Assembly (NCBI GenBank): GCA_032718475.1
Contig: JAUCBJ010000938.1
Span: 44,368-108,367, forward strand
Direction: 5' to 3'
Length of the DNA stretch: 64,000 nt
Source of the DNA: Nemertoderma westbladi
Taxonomy: Eukaryota > Animalia > Xenacoelomorpha
The position numbers and the translations under genes were made by a program. Each line of letters begins with the position of its first letter. The stretch's first letter is position 1. The notes below the pieces were generated by a model. It searched no databases, was not told the origin of the DNA, and saw only the letters and a program-made list of their open reading frames with translations. Shown here one piece after another: positions 30,001 through 41,025 of this stretch.

Positions 30001-33000
30001 AGGTTCCTGGCCAATGGATCCTATAGAGACTAGCTGATGGGTTCCTGGTCAATGGATCCTATAGAGACTAGCTGATGGGTTCCTGGTCAATGGATCCTAT
30101 AGTGACTAGCTGAGGGGTTCCTGGCCAATGGATCCTATAGAGACTAGCTGCGGGGGCACTGGCCAATGGATCCTATAGTGACTAGCTGAGGGGTTCCTGG
30201 CCAATGGATCCTATAGAGACTAGCTGAGGGGTTCCTGGCCAATGTATCCTATAGAGACTAGCTGAGGGGTTCCTGGCCAATGTATCCTATAGAGACTAGC
30301 TGAGGGGTTCCTGGCCAATGTATCCTATAGAGACTAGCTGAGAGGTTCCTGGTCAATGGATCCTATAGAGACTAGCTGATGGGTTCCTGGCCAATGTATC
30401 CTATAGAGACTAGCTGAGAGGTTCCTGGCCAATGTATCCTATAGAGACTAGCTGAGAGGTTCCTGGTCAATGGATCCTATAGAGACTAGCTGAGGGGTTC
30501 CTGGCCAGTGGATCCTATAAAGACTAGCTTAGGGGTTCCTGGCCAATGGATCCTATAGAGACTAGCTGAGAGGTTCCTGGCCAATGTATCCTATAGAGAC
30601 TAGCTGAGGGGTTCCTGGCCAATGTATCCTATAGAGACTAGCTGAGAGGTTCCTGGCCAATGTATCCTATAGAGACTAGCTGAGAGGTTCCTGGCCAATG
30701 GATCCTATAAAGACTAGCTGAGGGGTTCCTGGCCAATGGATCCTATAGAGACTAGCTGAGGGTTTCCTGGCCAATGGATCCTATAGTGACTAGCTGAGGG
30801 GTTCCTGGCCAATGGATCCTATAGAGACTAGCTGAGGGGTTCTTGGCCAATGTATCCTATAGAGACTAGCTGAGAGGTTCCTGACTAATTGATTTTATAG
30901 ATACTAGCTTAGAGGTTCCTGGCCAATGTATCCTATAGAGACTAGCTGAGGGGTTCCTGTCCAATGGATCCTATAGAGACTAGCTGAGAGGTTCCTGGCC
31001 AATGGATCCTATAGAGACTAGCTGAGGGGTTCCTGGCCAATGGATCCTAGAGAGACTAGCTGAGGGGTTCCTGACCAATTGATTTTATAGATACTAGCTT
31101 AGAGGTTCCTGGCCAATGTATCCTATAGAGACTAGCTGAGGGGTTCCTGGCCAATGTATCCTATAGAGACTAGCTGAGGGGTTCCTGACCAATTGATTTT
31201 ATAGAGACTAGCTTAGAGGTTCCTGGCCAATGTATCCTATAGAGACTAGCTGAGAGGTTCCTGGCCAATGGATCCTATAAAGACTAGCTGAGGGGTTCCT
31301 GGCCAATGGATCCTATAGAGACTAGCTGAGGGGTTCCTGGCCAATGGATCCTATAGAGACTAGCTGAGAGGTTCCTGGCCAATGGATCCTATAGAGACTA
31401 GCTGATGGGTTCCTGGTCAATGGATCCTATAGAGACTAGCTGATGGGTTCCTGGTCAATGGATCCTATAGTGACTAGCTGAGGGGTTCCTGGCCAATGGA
31501 TCCTATAGAGACTAGCTGCGGGGGCACTGGCCAATGGATCCTATAGTGACTAGCTGAGGGGTTCCTGGCCAATGGATCCTATAGAGACTAGCTGAGGGGT
31601 TCCTGGCCAATGTATCCTATAGAGACTAGCTGAGGGGTTCCTGGCCAATGTATCCTATAGAGACTAGCTGAGGGGTTCCTGGCCAATGTATCCTATAGAG
31701 ACTAGCTGAGAGGTTCCTGGTCAATGGATCCTATAGAGACTAGCTGATGGGTTCCTGGCCAATGTATCCTATAGAGACTAGCTGAGAGGTTCCTGGCCAA
31801 TGTATCCTATAGAGACTAGCTGAGAGGTTCCTGGTCAATGGATCCTATAGAGACTAGCTGAGGGGTTCCTGGCCAGTGGATCCTATAAAGACTAGCTTAG
31901 GGGTTCCTGGCCAATGGATCCTATAGAGACTAGCTGAGAGGTTCCTGGCCAATGTATCCTATAGAGACTAGCTGAGGGGTTCCTGGCCAATGTATCCTAT
32001 AGAGACTAGCTGAGGAGGTTCCTGGCCAATGTATCCTATAGAGACTAGCTGAGAGGTTCCTGGCCAATGGATCCTATAAAGACTAGCTGAGGGGTTCCTG
32101 GCCAATGGATCCTATAGAGACTAGCTGAGGGTTTCCTGGCCAATGGATCCTATAGTGACTAGCTGAGGGGTTCCTGGCCAATGGATCCTATAGAGACTAG
32201 CTGAGGGGTTCTTGGCCAATGTATCCTATAGAGACTAGCTGAGAGGTTCCTGACTAATTGATTTTATAGATACTAGCTTAGAGGTTCCTGGCCAATGTAT
32301 CCTATAGAGACTAGCTGAGGGGTTCCTGTCCAATGGATCCTATAGAGACTAGCTGAGAGGTTCCTGGCCAATGGATCCTATAGAGACTAGCTGAGGGGTT
32401 CCTGGCCAATGGATCCTAGAGAGACTAGCTGAGGGGTTCCTGACCAATTGATTTTATAGATACTAGCTTAGAGGTTCCTGGCCAATGTATCCTATAGAGA
32501 CTAGCTGAGGGGTTCCTGGCCAATGTATCCTATAGAGACTAGCTGAGGGGTTCCTGACCAATTGATTTTATAGAGACTAGCTTAGAGGTTCCTGGCCAAT
32601 GTATCCTATAGAGACTAGCTGAGAGGTTCCTGGCCAATGGATCCTATAAAGACTAGCTGAGGGGTTCCTGGCCAATGGATCCTATAGAGACTAGCTGAGG
32701 GGTTCCTGGCCAATGGATCCTATAGAGACTAGCTGATGGGTTCCTGGTCAATGTATCCTATAGAGACTAGCTGAGAGGTTCCTGGCCAATGGATCCTATA
32801 GAGACTAGCTGAGGGGTTCCTGGCCAATGGATCCTATAGAGACTAGCTGAGGGGTTCCTGACCAATTGATTTTATAGATACTAGCTTAGAGGTTCCTGGC
32901 CAATGTATCCTATAGAGACTAGCTGAGGGGTTCCTGGCCAATGTATCCTATAGAGACTAGCTGAGGGGTTCCTGACCAATTGATTTTATAGAGACTAGCT

Positions 33001-36000
33001 TAGAGGTTCCTGGCCAATGTATCCTATAGAGACTAGCTGAGAGGTTCCTGACCAATGTATCCTATAGAGACTAGCTGAGAGGTTCCTGACCAATTGATTT
33101 TATAGAGACTAGCTTAGAGGTTCCTGGCCAATGTATCCTATAGAGACTAGCTGAGGGGTTCCTGGCCAATGTATCCTATAAAGACTAGCTGAGAGGTTCC
33201 TGGCCAATGTATCCTATAGAGACTAGCTGAGAAGTTCTTGGCCAATGGATCCTATAAAGACTAGCTGAGGGGTTCCTGGCCAATGGATCCTATAGAGACT
33301 AGCTGAGGGGTTCCTGGCCAATGGATCCTATAGAGACTAGCTGATGGGTTCCTGGTCAATGTATCCTATAGAGACTAGCTGAGAGGTTCCTGGCCAATGG
33401 ATCCTATAAAGACTAGCTGAGGGGTTCCTGGCCAATGGATCCTATAGAGACTAGCTGAGGGTTTCCTGGCCAATGGATCCTATAGTGACTAGCTGAGGGG
33501 TTCCTGGCCAATGGATCCAATAGAGAGACTAGCTGAGGGTTTCCTGGCCAATGTATCCTATAGAGACTAGCTGATGGTTTCCTGGCCAATGTATCCTATA
33601 GAGACTAGCTGAGAGGTTCCTGGCCAATGTATCCTATAGAGACTAGCTGAGAGGTTCCTGGCCAATGGATCCTATAAAGACTAGCTGAGGGGTTCCTGGC
33701 CAATGGATCCTATAGAGACTAGCTGAGGGGTTCCTGGCCAATGGATCCTATAGAGACTAGCTGATGGGTTCCTGGTCAATGGATCCTATAGTGACTAGCT
33801 GAGGGGTTCCTGGCCAATGGATCCTATAGAGACTAGCTGAGGGGTTCCTGGCCAATGTATCCTATAGAGACTAGCTGAGAGGTTCCTGGCCAATGGATCC
33901 TATAGAGACTAGCTGATGGGTTCCTGGTCAATGGATCCTATAGTGACTAGCTGAGGGGTTCCTGGCCAATGGATCCTATAGAGACTAGCTGAGGGGTTCC
34001 TGGCCAATGTATCCTATAGAGACTAGCTGAGAGGTTCCTGGCCAATGGATCCTATAGAGACTAGCTGAGAGGTTCCTGGCCAATGGATCCTATAGAGACT
34101 AGCTGATGGGTTCCTGGTCAATGGATCCTATAGTGACTAGCTGAGGGGTTCCTGGCCAATGTATCCTATAGAGACTAGCTGAGGGGTTCCTGGTCAATGG
34201 ATCCTATAGTGACTAGCTGAGGGGTTCCTGGCCAATGGATCCTATAGAGACTAGCTGAGGGGTTCCTGGCCAATGGATCCTATAGAGACTAGCTGATGGG
34301 TTCCTGGCCAATGGATCCTATAGAGACTAGCTGAGGGGTTCCTGGTCAATGGATCCTATAGAGACTAGCTGAGGGGTTCCTGGTCAATGGATCCTATAGA
34401 GACTAGCTGAGGGGTTCCTGGTCAATGGATCCTATAGTGACTAGCTGAGGGGTTCCTGGCCAATGGATCCTATAGAGACTAGCTGAGAGGTTCCTGGCCA
34501 ATGGATCCTATAGAGACTAGCTGAGAGCTTCCTGGCCAATGGATCCTATAGAGACTAGCTGATGGGTTCCTGGTCAATGGATCCTATAGTGACTAGCTGA
34601 GGGGTTCCTGGCCAATGGATCCTATAGAGACTAGCTGAGAGGTTCCTGGCCAATGGATCCTATAGAGACTAGCTGATGGGTTCCTGGTCAATGGATCCTA
34701 TAGAGACTAGCTGATGGGTTCCTGGTCAATGGATCCTATAGTGACTAGCTGAGGGGTTCCTGGCCAATGGATCCTATAGAGACTAGCTGCGGGGGCACTG
34801 GCCAATGGATCCTATAGTGACTAGCTGAGGGGTTCCTGGCCAATGGATCCTATAGAGACTAGCTGAGGGGTTCCTGGCCAATGTATCCTATAGAGACTAG
34901 CTGAGGGGTTCCTGGCCAATGTATCCTATAGAGACTAGCTGAGGGGTTCCTGGCCAATGTATCCTATAGAGACTAGCTGAGAGGTTCCTGGTCAATGGAT
35001 CCTATAGAGACTAGCTGATGGGTTCCTGGCCAATGTATCCTATAGAGACTAGCTGAGAGGTTCCTGGCCAATGTATCCTATAGAGACTAGCTGAGAGGTT
35101 CCTGGTCAATGGATCCTATAGAGACTAGCTGAGGGGTTCCTGGCCAGTGGATCCTATAAAGACTAGCTTAGGGGTTCCTGGCCAATGGATCCTATAGAGA
35201 CTAGCTGAGAGGTTCCTGGCCAATGTATCCTATAGAGACTAGCTGAGGGGTTCCTGGCCAATGGATCCTATAGACATTAGCTGATGGTTTCCTGGCCAAT
35301 GTATCCTATAGAGACTAGCTGAGAGGTTCCTGGTCAATGGATCCTATAGAGACTAGCTGAGGGGTTCCTGGCCAGTGGATCCTATAAAGACTAGCTTAGG
35401 GGTTCCTGGCCAATGGATCCTATAGAGACTAGCTGAGAGGTTCCTGGCCAATGTATCCTATAGAGACTAGCTGAGAGGTTCCTGGCCAATGTATCCTATA
35501 GAGACTAGCTGATGGTTTCCTGGCCAATGTATCCTATAGAGACTAGCTGATGGTTTCCTGACCAATGTATCCTATAGAGACTAGCTGAGGGGTTCCTGGC
35601 CAATGTATCCTATAGAGACTAGCTGAGGGGTTCCTGGCCAATGTATCCTATAGAGACTAGCTGAGGGGTTCCTGGCCAGTGGATCCTATAGAGACTAGCT
35701 GATGGGTTCCTGGCCAATGTATCCTATAGAGACTAGCTGAGGGGTTCCTGGTCAATGGATCCTATAGAGACTAGCTGAGAGGTTCCTGGCCAATGTATCC
35801 TATAGAGACTAGCTGAGAGGTTCCTGGCCAATGGATCCTATAGAGACTAGCTGAGGGGTTCCTGGTCAATGGATCCTATAGAGACTAGCTGAGAGGTTCC
35901 TGGCCAATGTATCCTATAGAGACTAGCTGATGGTTTCCTGGCCAATGGATCCTATAGAGACTAGCTGATGGGTTCCTGGCCAATGTATCCTATAGAGACT

Positions 36001-37614
36001 AGCTGAGGGGTTCCTGGCCAATGGATCCTTTAGAGACTAGCTGATGGTTTCCTGGCCAATGTATCCTATAGAGACTAGCTGAGGGGTTCCTGACCAATGT
36101 ATCCTATAGAGACTAGCTGAGGGGTTCCTGGCCAATGGATCCTATAGAGACTAGCTGATGGGTTCCTGACCAATGGATCCTATTGAGACTAGCTTAGGGG
36201 TTCCTGGTCAATGGATCCAATAGAGTATAGAGACTAGCTGAGGGTTTCCTGGCTAATGTATCCTAGAGACTAGCTTAGGGGTTCCTGGTCAATGGATCCT
36301 ATAGAGACTAGCTGAGGGTTTCCTGGCCAATGTATCATATATAGGCTAGCTGAGGGTATCCTGGCCAATGGATCCTATAGACATTAGCTGATGGTTTCCT
36401 GGCCAATGTATCCTATAGAGATTAGCTTAGGGGTTCCTGGTCAATGGATCCTATAGAGACTAGCTGAGAAGTTCCTGGCCAATGGATACTTTAGAGACTA
36501 GCTGAGGGTTTCCTGGCCAATGGATCCTATAGATACTAGCTGAGGGTTTCCTGGCCAATGGATCCAATAGAGAGACTAGTTGAGGGGTTCCTGACCAATG
36601 GATCCTAAAGAGAGTAGCTGAGGGGTTCCTGACCAATGGATCATATAGAGACTAGCTGAGAGTATCCTGGCCAATGGATCCTATAGACATTAGCTGATGG
36701 TTTCCTGGCGAATGGATCCTATAGAGACTAGCTTAGGGGTTCCTGGTCAATGGATCTTATAGAGACTAGCTGAGAGGTTACTGGCCAATGGATCCTTTAG
36801 AGACTAGCTGAGGGTATCCTGGCCAATGGATCATATAGAGATTAGCTGATGGTTTCCTGGCCAATGTATCCTATAGGGACTAGCTGAGGGGTTCATGGCC
36901 AATCGATCCTATAGAGACTAGCTGAGGGGTTCCTGGTCAATGGATCCTATAGTGCTATAGAGACTAGCTGAGGGTTTCCTGGCCAATGGATCCTATAGAC
37001 ATTAGCTGATGGTTTCCTGGCCAATGGATCCTATAGAGATTAGCTTAGGGGTTCCTGGTCAATGGATCTTATAGAGACTAGCTGAGAGGTTCCTGACCAA
37101 TGGATCCTATTGAGACTAGCTTAGGGGTTCCTGGTCAATGTATCCAATAGATAGAGGCTAGCTGAGGGTTTCCTGGCCAATGGATCCTATAGAGACTAGC
37201 TGATCGTTTCCTGGCCAGAATGTCCTATAGAGACTAGCTTAGGTGTTCCTGGTCATTGGCTCCTATAGAGACTAGCTGATAGGTTCCTGACCAATGGATC
37301 CTATTGAGACTAGCTTAGGGGTTCCTGGTCAATGGATCCAATAGAGTATAGAGACTAGCTGAGGGTTTCCTGGCTAATGTTTCCTAGAGACTAGCTTAGG
37401 GGTTCCTGGTCAATGGATCCTATATAGATTAGCTTAGGGGTTCCTGGTCAATGGATCCTATAAAGACTAGCTGAGGGGGCACTGGCCAATGGATCCTTAG
37501 AGACTAGCTGAGGGGACACTGGCCAATGGATCCTTAGTGACTAGCTGCGGGGGCACTGGCCATTGGATTCTATAGAGAGTAGCTTAGAGGGCACTGGCCA
37601 TTGGATCCTATAAA
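1..37614. repeat. 38-bp tandem satellite array, ~990 monomers (consensus CTATAGAGACTAGCTGAGGGGTTCCTGGCCAATGTATC); runs off the left window edge
   Basis: The unit recurs at 1, 39, ... with period 38. Variants occur at fixed sites (GGGG/GAGG/GGTT/ATGG; TGTATC/TGGATC; TAGAG/TAAAG/TAGTG). There are no spacers and no ORF in the supplied track. Monomers degrade from ~36.2 kb and end near 37614. Confidence 0.98.
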
Positions 37615-37851
37615 TGATCCCGTATAATGAATAGAAACTACGAACTTATTTTTATATTTGCGCAGCTGTTTGTCTGAGTACTCTATTGATTGTCTGAGTA
37701 CTAATTTCAGTAATAATATTGTTGATATTATTACGAAATTCAGGAATTTTACTGGAGGTCATTATTGAATAATCCCATAGACATTCTGGAACTCAAAACG
37801 AAACTTCCGCCGTTTGTTGTTTTTTTGTTAAATATAAAACTCCTTTATACT

Positions 37852-37856
37852 AATAT

Positions 37857-37922
<66 letters not shown>

Positions 37923-37923
37923 T
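37852..37923. repeat. (AAT)n microsatellite, the tail of the adjacent minus-strand SINE
   Basis: About 20 AAT units directly abutting the SINE 3' end. Confidence 0.9.
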
Positions 37924-38163
37924 TGGTTATTTATATAGCGCTTTTCTACGCTCAGCATACTCAAAGCGCTTTTATTATCATTACCCCAGCAAAGCCAGGT
38001 TCCCATTATACCGCTGGGTTGACGTAGGCACTAATGTCTAAAGTGTCTTGCCTAGGGACACAACATTGCTAAATTTCTAAAGCCTTTAGTCAGATTCGAA
38101 CCTGCGCCACCAAACACTATTGTGTAAGCAGTTCAGGCGCCGTATCCACTCGGACACTGCGAC
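37852..38163 (-). mobile_element. tRNA-derived SINE (Leu/Ser-like head, CORE-like central domain, L2-type 3' tail)
   Basis: The minus strand reads GTCGCAGTGTCCGAGTGG (A box) ... GGTTCGAATC (B box), then GTGTCCCTAGGCAAGACACTT (resembles the CORE/MIR motif GTGACCTTGGGCAAGTTACTT), then AAGCGCTTTGAG...GAAAAGCGCTATATAAAT (L2-like tail) and (TTA)n. No clear TSD. Confidence 0.8.
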
Positions 38164-38355
38164 AACGAATTATAGTAAAACTATAAATATTATAATATTA
38201 AACTATCATTCTAAAATAATAACAATATAATAAAGAATATGTACATTTTATAAAATATTAAATGCGACGTCATAAGAAATACCTAATAAATAGAATCCAG
38301 TCGCGACCAATAATATGTTGTCTAAAAACAATAAAAATAAATAGATAAGTTGAGT

Positions 38356-40311
38356 TTATTGGACCGACTTGTATTTACAAGCGAACATGACCCAAACGGC
38401 GATAGCCGATTCGGCGTAACTGAAGATCCTGACACGAACCGCGAGTCTGACACTGTCTCCACGGCAACTAACGATCTCCTTGGCAACGGGCGACTTCATC
38501 GCGGTCGCGAAGGCCCTCCTGGCGTTCCGGTGTAGCAGCTGCAACGGGAACCCCTTGAAGGTGTGGCCGTCTGGAACAACGTTCCTCACCGCGTCCTGGA
38601 AGTCCTGGTTACCGGTAGTGACCCCGGTGGATCGCTCGCTCTCGTACGCGGCCAACGCCTGCGTCATAACGAAGGAGAGGTCCTCGTCCCAGCGCGTCGT
38701 GAGCCGCTCGTCGCCGCGGTAATCGCTGACCAACCGACGCAACTCGGTCTCCATGGTGACGGCGGAGGCGACTCCGTCCAGCAACGGGGGACACAGACTG
38801 GGTCTGTTGCGCCAGTGGAGCACGGCACCGCAGACACTCGCTATAGCCGACTCGCTCATCGCTTTCCATTTGGCCGCGTCTGTGAGATCGAATGAAGTCA
38901 ACTCGACCGAGTCGCTAGGCTGGCAGTTCGCGTAGAACTCCGAGTGGTTGAAGAGACACCCGATCGTCCGATAGGGGTAGACAGCGCCATCTAGAGGGCC
39001 GTCTACGTCGGTAGATCGGTAGTTGTGGAGGTAGCGGGACCCTGTGAGACTCTCCCAGAAACAGACTCTCCCTTCCGCCGTGGGGCCCAGAGTTACCACC
39101 CAACTGTGGGCCTGCCCCTTAGCCTTGGTTCCTACGGCAACGTAAGCCTTCAGCCCGAAGCCAATGAGCAGCGAGCAGAGGAGGGTCACGTGATTCTCCA
39201 CGTCTCCCTTATTGGCTGCGAGGAAGGCGTGGCACGAGGCCCAAACCTCGGAGGCGCCGCCGCCAAGCCCGGCTGCCGCCGCTTCGTAGCCAATCAGAGA
39301 GATGAAACGCGCTGATTGGCTGGGAGAATCGAGAACCCCCCGGGTTGCCCCGGCTACGTACGCGCATACCATCCTATTGGTCGCCGTCTCGTCGCACGCG
39401 AATAGTTTAACCAATCGCGAGGCGTGGGATGGCCGCACCTCCAGGTATTCCTTCCACCACTGTTTCGCGTACATTAGGAAGGATCGTTCCCTCTCTGATC
39501 GTCGGGAACGTTCCATCTCCAACTGCGCCGTGACCACGTCCGCGGCGAGGACCTTACCAAGTCGCGGTACCATCTCTATAGTAACGTCGATCAACCCGAC
39601 TGGCACCTTGGCCTCCACACCGATTCCCATGAGCTCCAATGTGCGGCTAACCCTGCCGCTAGGGGCGCACAGTAAGTCGCGCCACTCCAGATAGTGGCTG
39701 GCCACCAGAGCGGCGTCTCCGCTCGCCTCCGTTCTCACTACGACCAGATGGAGTGGGTCGAATAGACTCAGTAGGCCAGTGGCGTCGAGCATGATGTCAC
39801 CGGTGTGCCGGTCTCGAGAGGCGTCCAATAGGAAGGATTCGCTGAACTCGGGTTCGCAGGCGCAGGGGACCCCACGCGACCGGAAACGCTGACCACGGAA
39901 GTCGATGTGAACGGTGAATGTCGAGGAACGATCGCGGTTGGACTCGGATAAGTGTTCCACGAACGCCCTCCCAGATAAAACCTGAAGGAATAAATAACGT
40001 CTATTGGAATCAATTGCGCCTTTCTTACCGGAGACAACTTCATCCCGGTTGATAAAACCTGGAGATTGTTTGGGATCGAGGGAGGATTGGTTGACCGGTT
40101 GGCCCGCTGACAGACTTAACTGACTCACTAAGTTGTCTACCACGCCTTTACGGTGTAACTCGGCGAGTAAGTCAGCCTCGGTCACATCGCCATCCGTCGC
40201 CCGGAGACGGTCTTCTAGAATTTCACGAATTTCGCTCTGAATGTCTGATCTGTTCATCTGGTTTCGAATGAGCTGTTTCAGTTCGGAAACTTTCCCAGAT
40301 GGAAGAACCAT
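38356..40311 (-). CDS. CEP76: Centrosomal protein of 76 kDa (C2 domain plus transglutaminase-like domain), single exon, 651 aa from the ATG at 40311
   Basis: The N-terminus ELKQLIRNQM..IREIL, FLMYAKQWWKEYLEVRPSH..RLVKLFA, LLCSLLIGFGL..VGTKAKG..HSWV, YPYRTIGCLFNH and the C-terminus VWVMFACKYKSV match CEP76 as I recall it. The ORF-track start at 40317 is a TTG; the first ATG is 40311-40309. Stop TAA at 38358-38356. Confidence 0.95.
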   Translation of the reverse strand: MVLPSGKVSELKQLIRNQMNRSDIQSEIREILEDRLRATDGDVTEADLLAELHRKGVVDNLVSQLSLSAGQPVNQSSLDPKQSPGFINRDEVVSGKKGAIDSNRRYLFLQVLSGRAFVEHLSESNRDRSSTFTVHIDFRGQRFRSRGVPCACEPEFSESFLLDASRDRHTGDIMLDATGLLSLFDPLHLVVVRTEASGDAALVASHYLEWRDLLCAPSGRVSRTLELMGIGVEAKVPVGLIDVTIEMVPRLGKVLAADVVTAQLEMERSRRSERERSFLMYAKQWWKEYLEVRPSHASRLVKLFACDETATNRMVCAYVAGATRGVLDSPSQSARFISLIGYEAAAAGLGGGASEVWASCHAFLAANKGDVENHVTLLCSLLIGFGLKAYVAVGTKAKGQAHSWVVTLGPTAEGRVCFWESLTGSRYLHNYRSTDVDGPLDGAVYPYRTIGCLFNHSEFYANCQPSDSVELTSFDLTDAAKWKAMSESAIASVCGAVLHWRNRPSLCPPLLDGVASAVTMETELRRLVSDYRGDERLTTRWDEDLSFVMTQALAAYESERSTGVTTGNQDFQDAVRNVVPDGHTFKGFPLQLLHRNARRAFATAMKSPVAKEIVSCRGDSVRLAVRVRIFSYAESAIAVWVMFACKYKSVQ

Positions 40312-40624
40312 TTTCAATACCGACTGTGACTACCTGACGTACAGGCTACAGCCACACTCTCACTCTACAAGTTGTATGTAGGTCTAATACCTGAATACTG
40401 TAATATGTATGTACAGTAAACCGTATGTAAGTATAGGCCTCTGTGGTATGTTCGTTCACGAGCAGTGTGAAATGTCAAGGCCTACTTGGTTGTACTCGTG
40501 TTCTAAAAATAAGTACATCTTGGTTGAACTACAGTTGTATGTTTTAAGAGTCACCATGGAAACTGTTATTAGTTGCTATGCTACTTATTTGAAGGGTTTG
40601 TATTGGACAATGAAAGTGTCTTTG

Positions 40625-40900
40625 TAAAAGTAAAATAATGTAAAGTAAATTCTCTTCGGCCGTTAGGCCATGGTTATAGGCCAGGGATTACGCACAAAGT
40701 CTGACGACTTATTTCCACTGCGGTCCCCCCACAACTACATATACACACCAGAGGAAACCATTTAACTACCATTTAAGTATGCAAGGCACAGATGGGCTCT
40801 GGCTAGTCCCCATAAAAAGCATTTGCGTGGAAACGAAAACTGCCCTGGCCTCGATGAGGGGGATATGCGATTTCAATGCAACCACTACACCAAGGTGGGA
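40625..40900 (-). mobile_element. Probable degenerate SINE
   Basis: Minus-strand TGGTGTAGTGGTT (Pol III A-box-like) near 40880-40893 and a (TTTAC)-like tail at ~40625-40650. No convincing B box. Confidence 0.4.
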
Positions 40901-41025
40901 GGGACCTTGTACACTAGGGTGGCCCATCAGTATCATTTTTTTTTTTATCAAAAAATAGAAAAAAATAAAACAAATAAGAAAAAAATAGAAAAAATAAAAC
41001 AAATAAGAAAAAAATAAATAAAAGA

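Noticed and set aside
1-37614. CRISPR array or repeat-encoded protein
   Set aside because: Monomers are head-to-tail with no unique spacers, there are no cas genes, the context is eukaryotic, and the ORF track shows nothing here.
1-37614. Hammerhead/retrozyme satellite (CTGAG/CTGATG motifs)
   Set aside because: No CUGANGA plus GAAA core is arranged with stems in the 38-mer.
38080-38163. Functional tRNA gene
   Set aside because: The acceptor and anticodon arms do not close properly, and the sequence continues into a SINE core and tail.
38350-40043. Short ORFs overlapping CEP76 on both strands
   Set aside because: Shadow ORFs of a GC-rich coding sequence with no recognisable motifs.
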